In this document: one piece after another, positions 1 to 11,578 of the stretch
Layout of the letters: each line of letters begins with the position of its first letter
Numbering within the stretch: position 1 is the first letter of the stretch
Assembly: GCA_016748015.1 (NCBI GenBank)
Contig: JAAOMT010000156.1
Coordinates: 9,770 to 27,080 of the forward strand
DNA length: 17,311 nt
Reading direction: 5' to 3'
Source: Geosiphon pyriformis uo1
Taxonomy: Eukaryota; Fungi; Glomeromycota
Notes under the pieces: model-generated
Told to the model about the DNA's origin: nothing
The model's database searches: none
The model's input: the letters and a program-made list of their open reading frames with translations, nothing else
Program-made: the position numbers and the translations under genes

Positions 1-3000
1 CTTGCATGTTATGTTTTTAAAGTTAAAGAGATTTCTGGTCATCTTATTTCTGTATGGCTTTTTTTCAAGGGCAAGCTGTCAATAGTAATTTTGGGTCTAT
101 ATGCTAATGCATTTGCTGAGACCAGATTCAGCCAAGCTTGTAAAATCAACTCTTTTATTGTCAAAGCTGTTAATTTTTCCACATTCATGATACTAAGTGG
201 TGATTTCAATGAAAATAAATCTAAAAAGAGTGTTAGTTTTAAGTTCTGCTTGGATTTAGAATTGGTCAATTCCTTTAGTGGTCACTCTCTGGTCAAAACT
301 TCTACTTGGGGCAATTTATGAGATACCAAGAAGATTATTGACTATATTTTTGTGAGCAAAAATCTGTTATCTGCATTAGCTAGTTATAAAGTTGTTCCTG
401 TTTCTGATTTTTTTGACACTGATCATAATGTTGCTTTGGTTTTAGTTGGTTTGGATGGTCTTTTGGACACCCATCTCAATGATGCTCATTTGTAGACTAA
501 TAGAGATAAGTGAAAGTTCAAGATTAAGGATGTAGATGCTAATAAGTAGTCGCACTTTAGAAAACATTTGTTAAACAGGTTCTTAAAAAATATGGTAATA
601 TTCAATGATGCAAAGAATAATAAAAATTTGGATACTATATAGGAGATCTTTAAGGATATGATATTAAGTTCAGCTAATAGTGTGTTTTCTAGACACTGGT
701 TTAGTAAGTTTGATTGTCAGAAAAATAAGCAGTTTTCGAGGTTTTTTAAGCTAGAATTGTTGGTGGCCAAATTGGTAAAGTGTTTGAGCTCAGGTTAGGA
801 ATCAGAAGCCATTCACCTCCTTAAGGTGTGGTCCACTTTCAATAGTAAAGGGGCCTCTAAAGCATGCACAATGTTTGGTAATAGTAAGAGCAGAGAAAGC
901 ATTCTACAACATCTGTTGGGAGTTAAAAAATTGTACCAAAGGTCCAAATATTATGAGTTTAGAGTGATCAGAGACATTTCAATCAAAAAAGCAATAAACA
1001 AATATATAGAAAACTTTTGCTCCAATAAAGAATATATGATCAAAAGTGTTTTGGAATAATTATTCAAGAAGGTGGTATTAGACCATCTAATAGTAAATAA
1101 TGAATTAATTTTGGTACCTAAAGAAGTAAAATTCACTGTTAATGTTATCATAAAAGGATGGACAAGGAAACAAGTTGCTCCCAATTCTATGCCTGCTTGC
1201 TGGTCTAATTAATATGCCCCTTTGAACTATGTCAATGATAATACATTTTCAAATGTCATGAATGTAATTAGATCTAATGAATTTCTTCTGGTAGTCAAGA
1301 GATTGCCTAATGGAAAAACTGCTGACATATCTGGTATTCCTAATAAGCTTTGGAAACATGGGGATGCTCAGATTCTAGGTGGTCTGTTGAACATTCTCAA
1401 TGCATGTTTAGTTTTGGGTACAGTTCTTGCAGAATGGAGACAAGTCTAGATTTCTATAATATCTAAGTCATACAATTAAGAAGGTACATTCACCAATATC
1501 AGACCTATAGTATTAATTAAGACAACCAGGAAAATACTGTCTAAAATTCTTTCTAACAGAATATTTCTAGCTTGCAGCGAGTTTAATGTTCTTTATGGAG
1601 ATAATTTCTCAGTTCTGAAAGATATATCTACTCAAGCTCTGATTTTTGCCATTGGCTCTATGATTGAGGATGCACTTAAAAAGGACAAGGAGCTGTGGTT
1701 GGTTTTTCAAGACATGTGCAAGGCTTACAACTTAGTTAGATGGCCCCATTTGTAGAATAGTTTGACTAGGATCAAGATATGTCTCCATTTTATAAAAATT
1801 TTTGAGAACATACACAATAATTGGACCAACTGGATGATGATGGACTTTAGACTAATTAATAGTTATACTGTTTATGATAAATTAGATCAGAAGAAGTTTT
1901 TTTGCCATTGCTATGGAGAATTTTTTATGATCCTCTGCTTTGTGAAGTTTAAAAGACATAAGCAATTGTGTGGTTACAGATTGAGTTTGAAATTTTTCAT
2001 AAAGACTAGTAAGATTGATCCTAAAGGTGGCAGAACTTCTTTTTTTGCAGCTAGTGTCTTTGTGGATAACACTATTTGGGTTGGAAACTGTTTGGCAGCT
2101 ACACAATACATCTTGAACATTGCAAGTGAATTCTTTTTAATCAATGATATTTCTATTAATACAGACAAAACAGTCACCATTCCTATCAATCAAGGGGCCA
2201 GAGAAGTTTTACTGTCTATTAGTGGCTCTGAAATTTCCATAGCCAAAAAAGATGAGTCATATTGATACTTAGGGATCTTTTTTTTCAGGGATAGACTGTC
2301 AAAGCCAAGTTTGGCCAAAGCTCAATCAGATATCAAGTTTTTTTTAAATGTGGTTTTGAGGAAGGCTATCACTGAGAAACAGTTTTTATATTTAGTTTCT
2401 GCTGTTTTACACCCTATAATTGGCTTAGATTGCAGTTCAGTTGTGTTTTTAAGGGTGTATGTAATAAGTAAGACAAAATATTAAAGAAAAGTTTGAAGCT
2501 CAAAGCCAATCTGCCCAAAGATTTTCCAAATAAAGCTTTGTATTATTCAGAGCTATATGGTTTAAGAACTTTTGAACAAGTATTGGCTAAAAATTTACTG
2601 GCTAGCTTGGTTAAATTTGTTAATGCTAATGGAATTCTCAGTGAATTATTTGAGCACAGAGCCATAAAGTTGCAGGCTGCTAGCTGGATGCTTTGGCACT
2701 CTCTTAAATTTCTAATTAAGTTGCTGGTTAATTCTGCAAATTACTTTTTGGCTGGTGCAACACATGCTTTCAAATTGTGCAATCTATTATTGAGTGGTGA
2801 TTTGCCTGACATTTTTTGGACCAGAAATAATATTGTAGTCTTGAATGTGCTCAGTTTTGTGTCTTATTTGGACATAGTGATATCTCTTAAAAAATATGGT
2901 GTTGTATTTGCAAACTAGCTTTTGAATTGCCGTGGCAAGTGTTTTACATGGAACACTTTTTACAAATAGAAGAAGCTGGACCCTAAAGGCTCAATTCCTG

Positions 3001-4442
3001 TCTGGTTTGTGTCTTTGGTCAAATTTATTATTGAAGATGGCTTGTCGAATAGTATGCTGTTGTCTCTTCATTCCATTCTCACTGACTCTTCTTGTGACTT
3101 TGGTTATGTTGGTAAGTGTTTGCTGAATTCCAGGTTGGGCTCTATAACTATCTATACAGATAGTTTCATCAAAAATTTGGGTTTGTTGGTTGCTCATAGT
3201 AGTGCCACCACCTATTTTTTAAATGTAAACACTAGTGTTGGAGTTAAGATAGATGGGTTGCTGTCATCAATTCTGGTGAAACTGCAGGCTATCACACTTG
3301 TTTTGGAGTATGTGCCCACTTCTTAATCTGTTGACTTGTATATGGACAGCCAAGCTTTACTGGATTTGTGCAAGTCTGCTGGTAGTATGGTTGGTTCTGA
3401 CTTTTGCAACAAATGCTGGATTAAAAAGGAACATATTTGCTGTGTTATTTCCAAAAAAGATTTATCAATTACTTGGAATAAGATTAAAGACTATTCTGGT
3501 ATTGTTGGAAACAAACGTGCCAATTTCTATGCTAATGCAGCTGTTGTCTCTGAGTTCTTTCTGTCTCTTGTGGTATTTTATCACTTTTTCAATGTTGAAG
3601 GCAAGTCTGTTTCCAGAAATACTTGTTATATTACCAAAAAATTATTCAATGCTGTTCATTCTGTTGGTTGAAAGGCCAGATGTGTTAGTAGTATTATTAG
3701 TGTGAGTCTTAGTGACTGTTTTAATAAAGCCAAGACCTTTTGTGTTTGGCATTCTGATAATAGGATCAGGTCTGGCTACACTAGCCCTATGTCGATAATA
3801 TTTTGGTCATACTTTATGAAAGCATTCTATCATTACTTGCCAGTAGCCAAAAAAAAAAAAATATATAATTCAAATTATCTAAGTATTGCCTGCATTTAGT
3901 GTGGTTTAGTGGAGGACTCTGATTACGTTTTTTTTTGTATTTGTGATGTCAATATTTGGAATATCTTATTGTCTGATGCTACTTTGGAGTGAAATAAGTT
4001 GCTGGGCACTTCTGCTGATGGGAATATGATTACTAACTTGCTAAATAAGACTGCTTTTTCTATAGATTTGTTTACAGTACTGGCTAAAAGTTTTGTGTTA
4101 AAGAGTTGGGTGGTTGATACATTAGGCCATTTGGGTGTTGACTTTGGTAGAGGTGCATTGGTTGTTAATTTCATTTATTGTTTTGCTGAAAGTTACAGAT
4201 CTGCCATTTGGCTGTCTATGGCTAAGTTGAGATCCTATTATAAAAAGTATAATCTTCTGTCATGTGATGGCTCTTCTATTTTTTCAGTGTCTGATTTGTC
4301 TTTATTGTGGTCTGTTGGGATGATCCAGAATTTCAGTTTCAGGCTAAATATTCATGTATGTTTTAAGTTGTATTTATGTCTAATCAGATCAGATTTTGGT
4401 TTTTTGTGCAATGTTCTTATGATAAAGAATTTAGGTATGTAA
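1..4442 (+). pseudogene. LINE copy A ORF2 (pol) pseudogene: C-terminal part of APE endonuclease, reverse transcriptase, RNase H, C-terminal Cys/His finger
   Basis: Track ORFs 91, 826, 1222 and 1762 share one frame, and 2493, 3009, 3336, 3702 and 3999 share another, with a 1-nt deletion near 2425. There are many premature stops. Motifs: ILSGDFNE, IIDYIFV, FDTDH (APE); PLLWRIFYDPLL (frame-shifted, 1893-1949) and FVDN at 2059-2070 (RT); IYTD, MDSQA, YSGIVGNKRAN (RNase H); CI*CGLVEDSDYVFFC at 3891-3938. Final TAA at 4440-4442. Confidence 0.93.
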
Positions 4443-4450
4443 TACTGCCT

Positions 4451-4473
4451 TGATTGGCCCAAGTGGCTGGTCA
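4451..4473 (+). other. 3'UTR stem-loop of LINE copy A
   Basis: TGATTGGCC-CAAGT-GGCTGGTCA forms a 9-bp stem (3 G-U pairs) with a 5-nt loop. It is near-identical to 12082-12104. Confidence 0.65.
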
Positions 4474-5369
4474 TGTGTAGAAAAGGCATGAATCATGCTT
4501 AATTTAGATTGTGTTGATCTATGTATTTAGGTAATAGTTAGACTGCACTCATAAAACTTCAAATAAAAAAAAATTTAAATACTATATTCATAAAAAACTG
4601 ATTTATAGTTTTATTAAAAATAAACCCTATTATAAGTAAACTTAATAAATATAATTATAATATTTAATATTTATAATTTGGGAAAAAAGAGCTATTTTAA
4701 AAGAAAAAATAAAAACTTAAAGATCTGATAGCTATATTTATTTTTAAATAAATAAATTAATTAATTTTTAAAAGTTTATTACAATTTAGTTTTATCTATT
4801 AAGTTTTTAGTTATAAAACACAAAAATATTGTTTTAATAATTGTATTTTATAATTGTTTTATCTTGTATTAATTGATTACAATTATTAAAATCTAATAAT
4901 AGTTTTTTATTTTTTTAATAAACTAATAAAATAAAATTAATATATTCCAAAATTAGAAAAAGCTTTTTTTATTAGATTATCACAAATTTTAATTTTAAAC
5001 AGTTAATTTTCAATATTATTATTTTTTAAAAAAAAAATTTAGTATCTTATTAATTACTATAATTAAAAAGAATTAATTTAAGTTATTAAAGTTCCAAAAG
5101 TATTTATGTTAATTATATCTGGATTAAAATAAAAATAAATAATTTAATCAAAAATCAATTTTTAATAACAAGTTTCAGAATTATAAAATTTTAAAAAGAA
5201 TAATAATATTTTATTTAGGTAATAAGAAATATAAAAAAATTTAATAAAAATAAGTTTAAAAATATTATTAAAAACAAAAATAAATTCTATTTTGTTTTTT
5301 TTGTTTGTTTAAATTATTTATTTTTATATATATATTTTAGTTATATAAAATTGTTTTTACTTGTTCATT

Positions 5370-5378
5370 ATTATTAAC
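5370..5378 (+). repeat. Candidate target-site duplication, left copy (ATTATTAAC)
   Basis: The same 9-mer occurs at 12203-12211, at the end of the poly(A) of copy B. This copy sits at the transition from AT-rich flank to element-like sequence. Confidence 0.6.
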
Positions 5379-5510
5379 ATTCCAAATTCCCCAAAGAGCA
5401 CGTTTTTGAAAAAAGTTTTTTGTTTTTGTTTTTTCTACTTGCTATATTTCACTATTTTTCTTACAAATAATCCATTTGTTGTGGACCTAGAAGCTGCTCC
5501 CGGTGGTAGT

Positions 5511-7389
5511 ATGTTGAATAAGAAAGCTCTTATTGGTGCTTTTTTTGGTTCTACTGGTGGCCCTTTCTCTCAAAAAAAAAGAGTTTCCCTTCGCCATATG
5601 ATTTAATCTGGTGATAAACATGAAGCTGCTTTGGCCAAACCTCATTCTAAAGAAAATCAATACTCGGATATGGAAAGTGATTTTGGTGACAGTGTTGCTG
5701 GTGACATATTGGCTGGTGGTGGTGATGGTTCTCTTTTCGGCTCAGCTGCAATGACTTCTAAGGCAAAGAGAATTAAGAGTAATTTGGACTGCAGTTCCCC
5801 TTTTGGCTCCTTGAATTATAACATAGACAATGATGATAGTGGTCTTCTCCCTCCTCCTCTTGGTATCTCTTTGGACAGGATTTGGTTGGACCCTAAAATT
5901 ATTAAGACTCAAGTAAAAGTAGCGGTTAAGAAATCATTTGTTTTGGATGTCAATATCTCAAATATGGAAGGCAAATTAGTGACAGTGAAAACTCAGCTCA
6001 TAAGAAAAATTTTCTCAAAAATCATTGGTTTTGGGGGGGGCCACTACTCCTTCAAAATTTGAAGAGATCATCAGATCCACATTCACATCAGAAGAAAACA
6101 TGAAAAAAGCTGCATTATTGGTTGGAGAAAATGGGATCATCGTAAACACCAATCTCAAGAAACAAGGAGTGTGTTCAGATCAGGCTGTGATAATAAAAAA
6201 AATTCCCATGGACATGCAAAAAGAATTGATCATCACTGTAGTATCCGAGTATGATCAAATTGTGTCTATCAAAGTTCAGTTAATTGGGCTGTGGCAGAAG
6301 GCTGTGGTAGAGTTTGCTAAATCTAGCCAGGCTGATCTGTTAGCATCAAAATAGTCGTTCCTAATTGGGAAAAATTCTGTGCATGTGGTCAAGGCTGTGG
6401 AAGATTGTAAGACATGGGCTTTTAGGGATCAATTTAGGGTGCTTCTTTTTACATTGCCAGTGGAAACTACAGCTTATGATCTTGGAACTCTTTTAGAAGG
6501 GGCTGGTGGGAAAACTTGTGTCATCAATCATTCATTAGAGACTGGTAATAGAACTCACTGTGCTGTGGTCTGTTTTGAATCTGATGAAGCTATGGAATCA
6601 GCTTTTTGCACGGAGCCAATCTTTGGTGGTGTGAAACTCTCATGGACTAGGTTGGATTTAGTTCACTGTAAATGGTGTGGGAAGTTTGGTCATTCTGCCT
6701 TGGAATGTGATGCTAGAGTTGCATCAGTTTCTTAGTTGCCCAAGTCATTTAAAAGGCCTACTAACCTGAATACTTGTCTACAGTTGGCCAAATTATATGC
6801 TAAAAAGAAAGTTCTGATCTCTCATTCTGTTGCTTTTGGAGGCAAATCCTGGGCCCAAGTGGTCTCAGTCGCTTCAGCATCTCATGGTTCTCATGATAGC
6901 TTTGGTTCTGGTTCTCTGCTCTTTGGTGCTTCATGTTCTGGTGATAACCCTCCCCCTCTTTTTATGGTCAATTCCCCCTTGGGTACATGTTTGGCATGTC
7001 TGGAATGCTTTGTGGAGCTCTTATCTGATCGAATTTTGAACATTCTTCTTCATCTTGACAATCTCAGTTTGGTGTCTTTGGCTCCATCTTCTAGTGTGAT
7101 TCCTTCTGTGGGTACTTCTCACCCATCCATCTCTGATTCTTTTATGATTGCTGATTCTGACTTGGGTTCCAACATGATGTTAGATGTTCCTTTAATTCAG
7201 CCTATTTCTCTCTTTTCTGGCAATGACAATTCTTAATTGGGTCTGAGCAGTTCCAAGGTGCTAACTTCTAAAGTTGGCGTTTTAGAGTTGAAGTTGGTTG
7301 CCCTCGATGCCTCCATTGGCTCGATTTTGGCGAAGTTAGAGCAGATGTGTGCTGGTTTGGATCCTCTGGTCCTTTTTTCATCTCAATGA
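5511..7389 (+). pseudogene. LINE ORF1 (gag-like nucleic-acid-binding protein) pseudogene: two RRM-like domains, one CCHC zinc knuckle, C-terminal coiled coils
   Basis: ATG at 5511 is the inferred start. There is a +1 frameshift in the G8 run at 6033-6040 and in-frame stops at 5604, 6352, 6733 and 7234. RRM-like segments are AVIIKKIPMD...GLWQKAVVEF and FRVLLFTLP...CAVVCFES. CKWCGKFGHSALEC (CX2CX4HX4C) lies at 6667-6708. The frame ends ...LFSSQ TGA at 7387-7389. Confidence 0.88.
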
Positions 7390-10300
7390 CCAGTTATATT
7401 TGGAAAATTGCCATGTGCAATGTTAGGGGAATGAACAATTTTGCAAAGCAGGATGATATAGTTTGTTGGCACAAGGACATGGGCAATTTGGTTTTTATTT
7501 TTACTAAGACGAAGTTGAAGGATAAAGTTCATTTCTGGATCATCAACAGATTTGATGGTATTAGGATGTTTACCTTTGGTTTGGATTCTGGATATCTGGG
7601 TGCTGGTGTGGTGGTTGTCATGGACTCTTCTTTGGCAAGGCATGTGTACAAGGTTTCTGAAGTGCCTGGCTGGCTTCTGTCTGTTAAATTACTTTTCAAG
7701 AATAAGCTCTCAGTGTCAATTCTGGGGCTTTACACTGGTGCTTCTTTGGTGGTATGGTTTTTTCAGACTGATGAGATAAACTTTCTTATTGTGAGAGCTG
7801 TAAACAAATCTTCTTTTGTCATTCTCAGAGGTGATTTTAATGAAGACAGTTCTTATAAGAGTGCAAGTTTCAAAAAATGCTTTGATTTGGGTCTGGTCAA
7901 TTCTTTAGTTAGTAGCCTGGCTGCGAAAATGCCCACTTGGGAAAATTTTAGGGGTGTTAAAAAAACAATTGATTACGTGTTTGTCTTCCCAAATCTGGCC
8001 AATGCAATAGCGAATCGTGGGTTTTAAATGTCAGTGAGCATTTTGACACAGACCATCAAGCTGTTTCAGTGTCTTTGGGTTTGGGTGGACTTTTGGATAT
8101 GCGCTTGAATTCTTTTTGCACACAAGCAAATAGAGATTGTTGGAAGTTTGACATCAAGGGTGCCAATGAAGCTAAGTGGTTGAAGTTCAAAAATGCTTTA
8201 GCTGTTAATGCCTCTATGTTCTCGGATGCTTTTGGTATAGCTGTGAGGTTTTCAGATATAGACACTATATAGGACATTGTTCACAAGGTCATGGTTCTTT
8301 CAGCGGGTGGTACATTTAAAAAAAAATGGTTCAAAGGTTTTGATGGTGTGTTTACCAAGACTTCCTCTAGGTTTCACAAGCTAGAGCTGCTGGTTTCTAA
8401 ATTGGTTAAGGCTTCGCGTTTGGATTCTAGTGATGGTTTTGCTTCTTTGTTGGAGGTGTGGCACAGACTCGACTCTCCTGGTGCATCAGTGGTTAAATCT
8501 CTGTTTCTTTCAGGTTCTAATTTTGATCTTATTCATTCTGTGCTGGCCAAAGCTAGAAAATTGTACCGCTCTTCCAAATTATTGGAATCCAAGCATGCTG
8601 AAGAGTCTTTGATCAAGCAGGCTATTGATAAGAGAATGGAAAGTTTTGAGCTGAACAAGGGTCACACCATTAGGAGCGTTTTGGAGCGTCCTTTTTGCAA
8701 GGTGGTTCTGGATCATCTGGTTGTAGAAAATAAGTTGGTTTTAGAGCCTGATTTGGTTAAATCTAAGGTGAACAAAATTATAGAGGGATGGACCAGAAAA
8801 TGTAAGGTGGTATCTGACATCTCTGAGGATTGAGCCCGCCAATATCAGCCTCTGGATTACATGTTCGATAGTGCTTTCTCTAATGTCATGTGTTTGATTA
8901 GTTTAGATGAATTGTTGACTGTTGTCAAGGATCTTCCTGATGAAAAGGCAGCTGGTCTTTCTGGTATCTCCAATGAATTGTGGAAACATTGTGACAAGTC
9001 AGTTTTAGATATGCTTTTGGTGCTTTTGAATTTCTGTTTGGTTGGTAAGTTAGTTTCTGGGCCATGGAAAGAAGCTTGGATTTCAATGATTTCTAAACCA
9101 TATGAATGGGAGGGAGTTCTCATGAACACCTGTCCTATAGCTTTAATTGAAACGGCCTGCAAAATTCTTTCCAAGATCCTTTCAGATAGAATTTCATTGG
9201 CTTGCAGCACTTTTGAGGTCCTTCGTGGAGATAACTTTTCTGTTTTGAAAGATATGACAATGCAATCTCCCATTTTTGCTATCAGTTCTGTGGTTGAGAA
9301 TGCCTTGGAGAAGAACTGTAAACTTTGGCTGGTTTTACAAGACATGCACAAAACTTATGACTCAGTTGGTTGGGAACATCTTAGGAGAAGTCTGGTCAGG
9401 ATCAAGATGTGTGACAGGTTTATTAGATTTTTTGGCAGTATTCACAATAGTCATGTCAACAGGGTGATGATTGACTTTGGCTTGACTAATGGGTATTGTG
9501 TCTACGATGGGCTGGATCAAGGAGAAGTTTTCTCGCCTCTTCTCTGACGTATTTTTTATGATTCACTTTTGTGCAAGGTCAAGAGACAGAAGAGTGTGTG
9601 TGGTTACAGATTGAATTCTCATTTTATTTCCAAAACTGGCCAAGTAAATCCTCAAGCTAGACTGACTTTCTTTTTCGCTGCTGGTGCTTTCCTCGATAAT
9701 ACTATTTGGGTTGGTAGTAGCCAGGCTGCTACTCAATACATCCTTAATGTTGCTAGTTAATTTTTCAGGTTCAAAAACATTTCTATAAATAACGACAAGA
9801 CAGTTGCCATTTCTATCAACTGCCGGGTGATGGACCTATGTTTAACTATTAGTGACTTGCCCATTTCTATCACCAAAAAGGGAGAATCTTATTGCTATCT
9901 GGGTATTTTTTTGTCTTTTGAGGGTCTTTTGAAGCCTAGTTTGGCTAAAGCTCAGGTGGATGTGCGATTTTTTGTGAACTTTGTTTTAAGGAAGATGGTT
10001 TCGGACAAACAGTGTGCATATTTGTTGTCTGTAGTTCTTTTTCTTATCATCAGCTACAGGACTCAGTTCAGTTTCGTTTCTGTTGGTGTTTGTAATAAAT
10101 GGAATGCTCTGGTACACAAAATCTTGAAGTCTAAGTCTGGATTACCACGTGATTTCCCAAGTGATGCGCTTCATCACCTCTCTTTGTACAATTTAAAGAC
10201 CTTCGAACAAATCCAGGCTGAGAGTAAATTGGCCTCCATTGTTGCTTTTGCAAATTCTACTGGTGTCTTGGGTTACTTGTTCTCTCATAGGTCTCATGAC

Positions 10301-10783
10301 CTCCAGGTTTTTAGCTGGTGTCCTTGTCATCCCTTGCTGTTTCCAGTTCGCATTGGTGTTAGTTTCTCGAATAATTTTTTGGTGGGTGTGGTTCGTATCT
10401 TTTCTGGGTATGATTTGTCTTTGGGTGGTTCTCTGATTTGTGTTTTTTGCTATTGGGGTGGTACTCTTATGTCTCTGGTTCTCGGTAAACACTATTTTTT
10501 CAAGTGTGTCTCTTCACTCAGGTGTTATGGGATTGCTTTTGTGGAATAACTTTGTGACCATAGTGGAGAAGTTTTCAGCTGGGGAATCTTCAAGCATTGG
10601 AAGAGGCTGGACTCTCGTGGTCCAGTCCCTTTGTGGTTTGATCTCTCCATTCAATTTTTCGGTAGTGTTGTTCCTTCTTCTATTTGTCCTTCTTTTGTAG
10701 AGGATCATGCTGGTTTTGATGTTCATCTGTCTCATGGTTTTGGTGTGGTTTGTGACATTCTGCTGACCATCGATACCGCTTGC

Positions 10784-11185
10784 CTGTCTGTGTATACGAA
10801 TGGGTCTCTAAGTAGTCTGGGCACTGTTAATGTAAAAGCAGATGCTGCCACTTTCTTTGAGAACATTAACTTGGGTTTGGGTGTTGGGGTGTCTGGATTG
10901 GTTTCTTCTACTCTGATAGAATTGCAGGCAATTGCTTTGGTTCTTGAATGTGTTCCATCTTTTCGGTTGGTTGACTTGTTTTCAGACAGCCAAGCTGCTG
11001 ATGATGCATGCAAGTCAGAGTCTTTGTTGGTTTGTCTGGATTTTAGGAACCGTTGTTGGATTGAATGCCATCACATAGTTAATGTTATTTGTCGTAAGAA
11101 TTTGGAAGTGAATTGAATTAAAGTTAGGGGTCATTCAGGCATCCCAGACAATGAACGTGCTGATGTACTTGCTAAGAAGGCCGCT
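10784..11185 (+). other. RNase H (RNase HI-like) domain within copy B ORF2
   Basis: VYTNGS (D>N), IELQAI, FSDSQAA and *IKVRGHSGIPDNERADVLAK match the RNase HI DEDD motifs and the C-terminal GHxG-N-AD-LA signature. Confidence 0.9.
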
Positions 11186-11530
11186 TCTTCTGCTTGGTGC
11201 CTGCCTCATTTGGTTGGCAAATGTTTTCTGAAGGCAGGTGGTACTGCGGTTTCTAGTAATTCTAGACACTTTGTTTGTGATGTTTTCTGTTCAGTTTATC
11301 GCGCTTGCTGGGAGGTTGGATCTGGCTCTTGGGTTGTGGCAGATGGTTTGCGTGCTGATATTAATTGGTCCAAGTCTTCCCTGGTGTGACACCCTGATTC
11401 TCACTTGGCTGCTGGTTTCACTAGTGCACGTACGGCTGGCTTTCGGACTTACTTTATGAAGGCCCTTCATTGTCGGCTCTCAGTTGCTGTGCATAAGCAT
11501 TTGTATGATAGAGAGTACCCCAGTATAGTG

Positions 11531-11578
11531 TGTTTGTATTGTGGTGATGTTGAGATCTCGGATCATGTCTTTTCTTGT
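11531..11578 (+). other. C-terminal Cys/His zinc finger of ORF2 (CX2CX7HX3C)
   Basis: CLYCGDVEISDHVFSC, with a homologous decayed motif in copy A at 3891-3938. Confidence 0.8.

Larger units (their letters stand above)
1..4573 (+). mobile_element. LINE copy A (non-LTR retrotransposon, APE-RT-RNaseH-Zn finger type), 5' part outside the window, decayed
   Basis: ORF2 fragments are colinear with copy B (GDFN, IDYIFV, TDH, FVDNTIWVG, YTD, DSQA, CxxC). The 3'UTR block at 4451-4491 matches copy B, and an A-rich tail AAATAAAAAAAAA lies at 4561-4573. Confidence 0.95.

Noticed and set aside
5040-5200. Possible decayed recombinase or transposase coding fragment in the spacer
   Set aside because: No catalytic motif could be reconstructed convincingly.
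6030-6041. G8 run as a programmed frameshift in ORF1
   Set aside because: A single extra G in a homopolymer explains it (FGGATT is restored with G7), so slippage or assembly error is more likely.
8857-9351. 164-aa minus-strand ORF and other antisense or off-frame ORFs over the LINEs (e.g. 7383-7643, 10193-10492, 10732-11013, 3298-3705)
   Set aside because: They are shadows of the ORF2 frame with no recognisable motifs.
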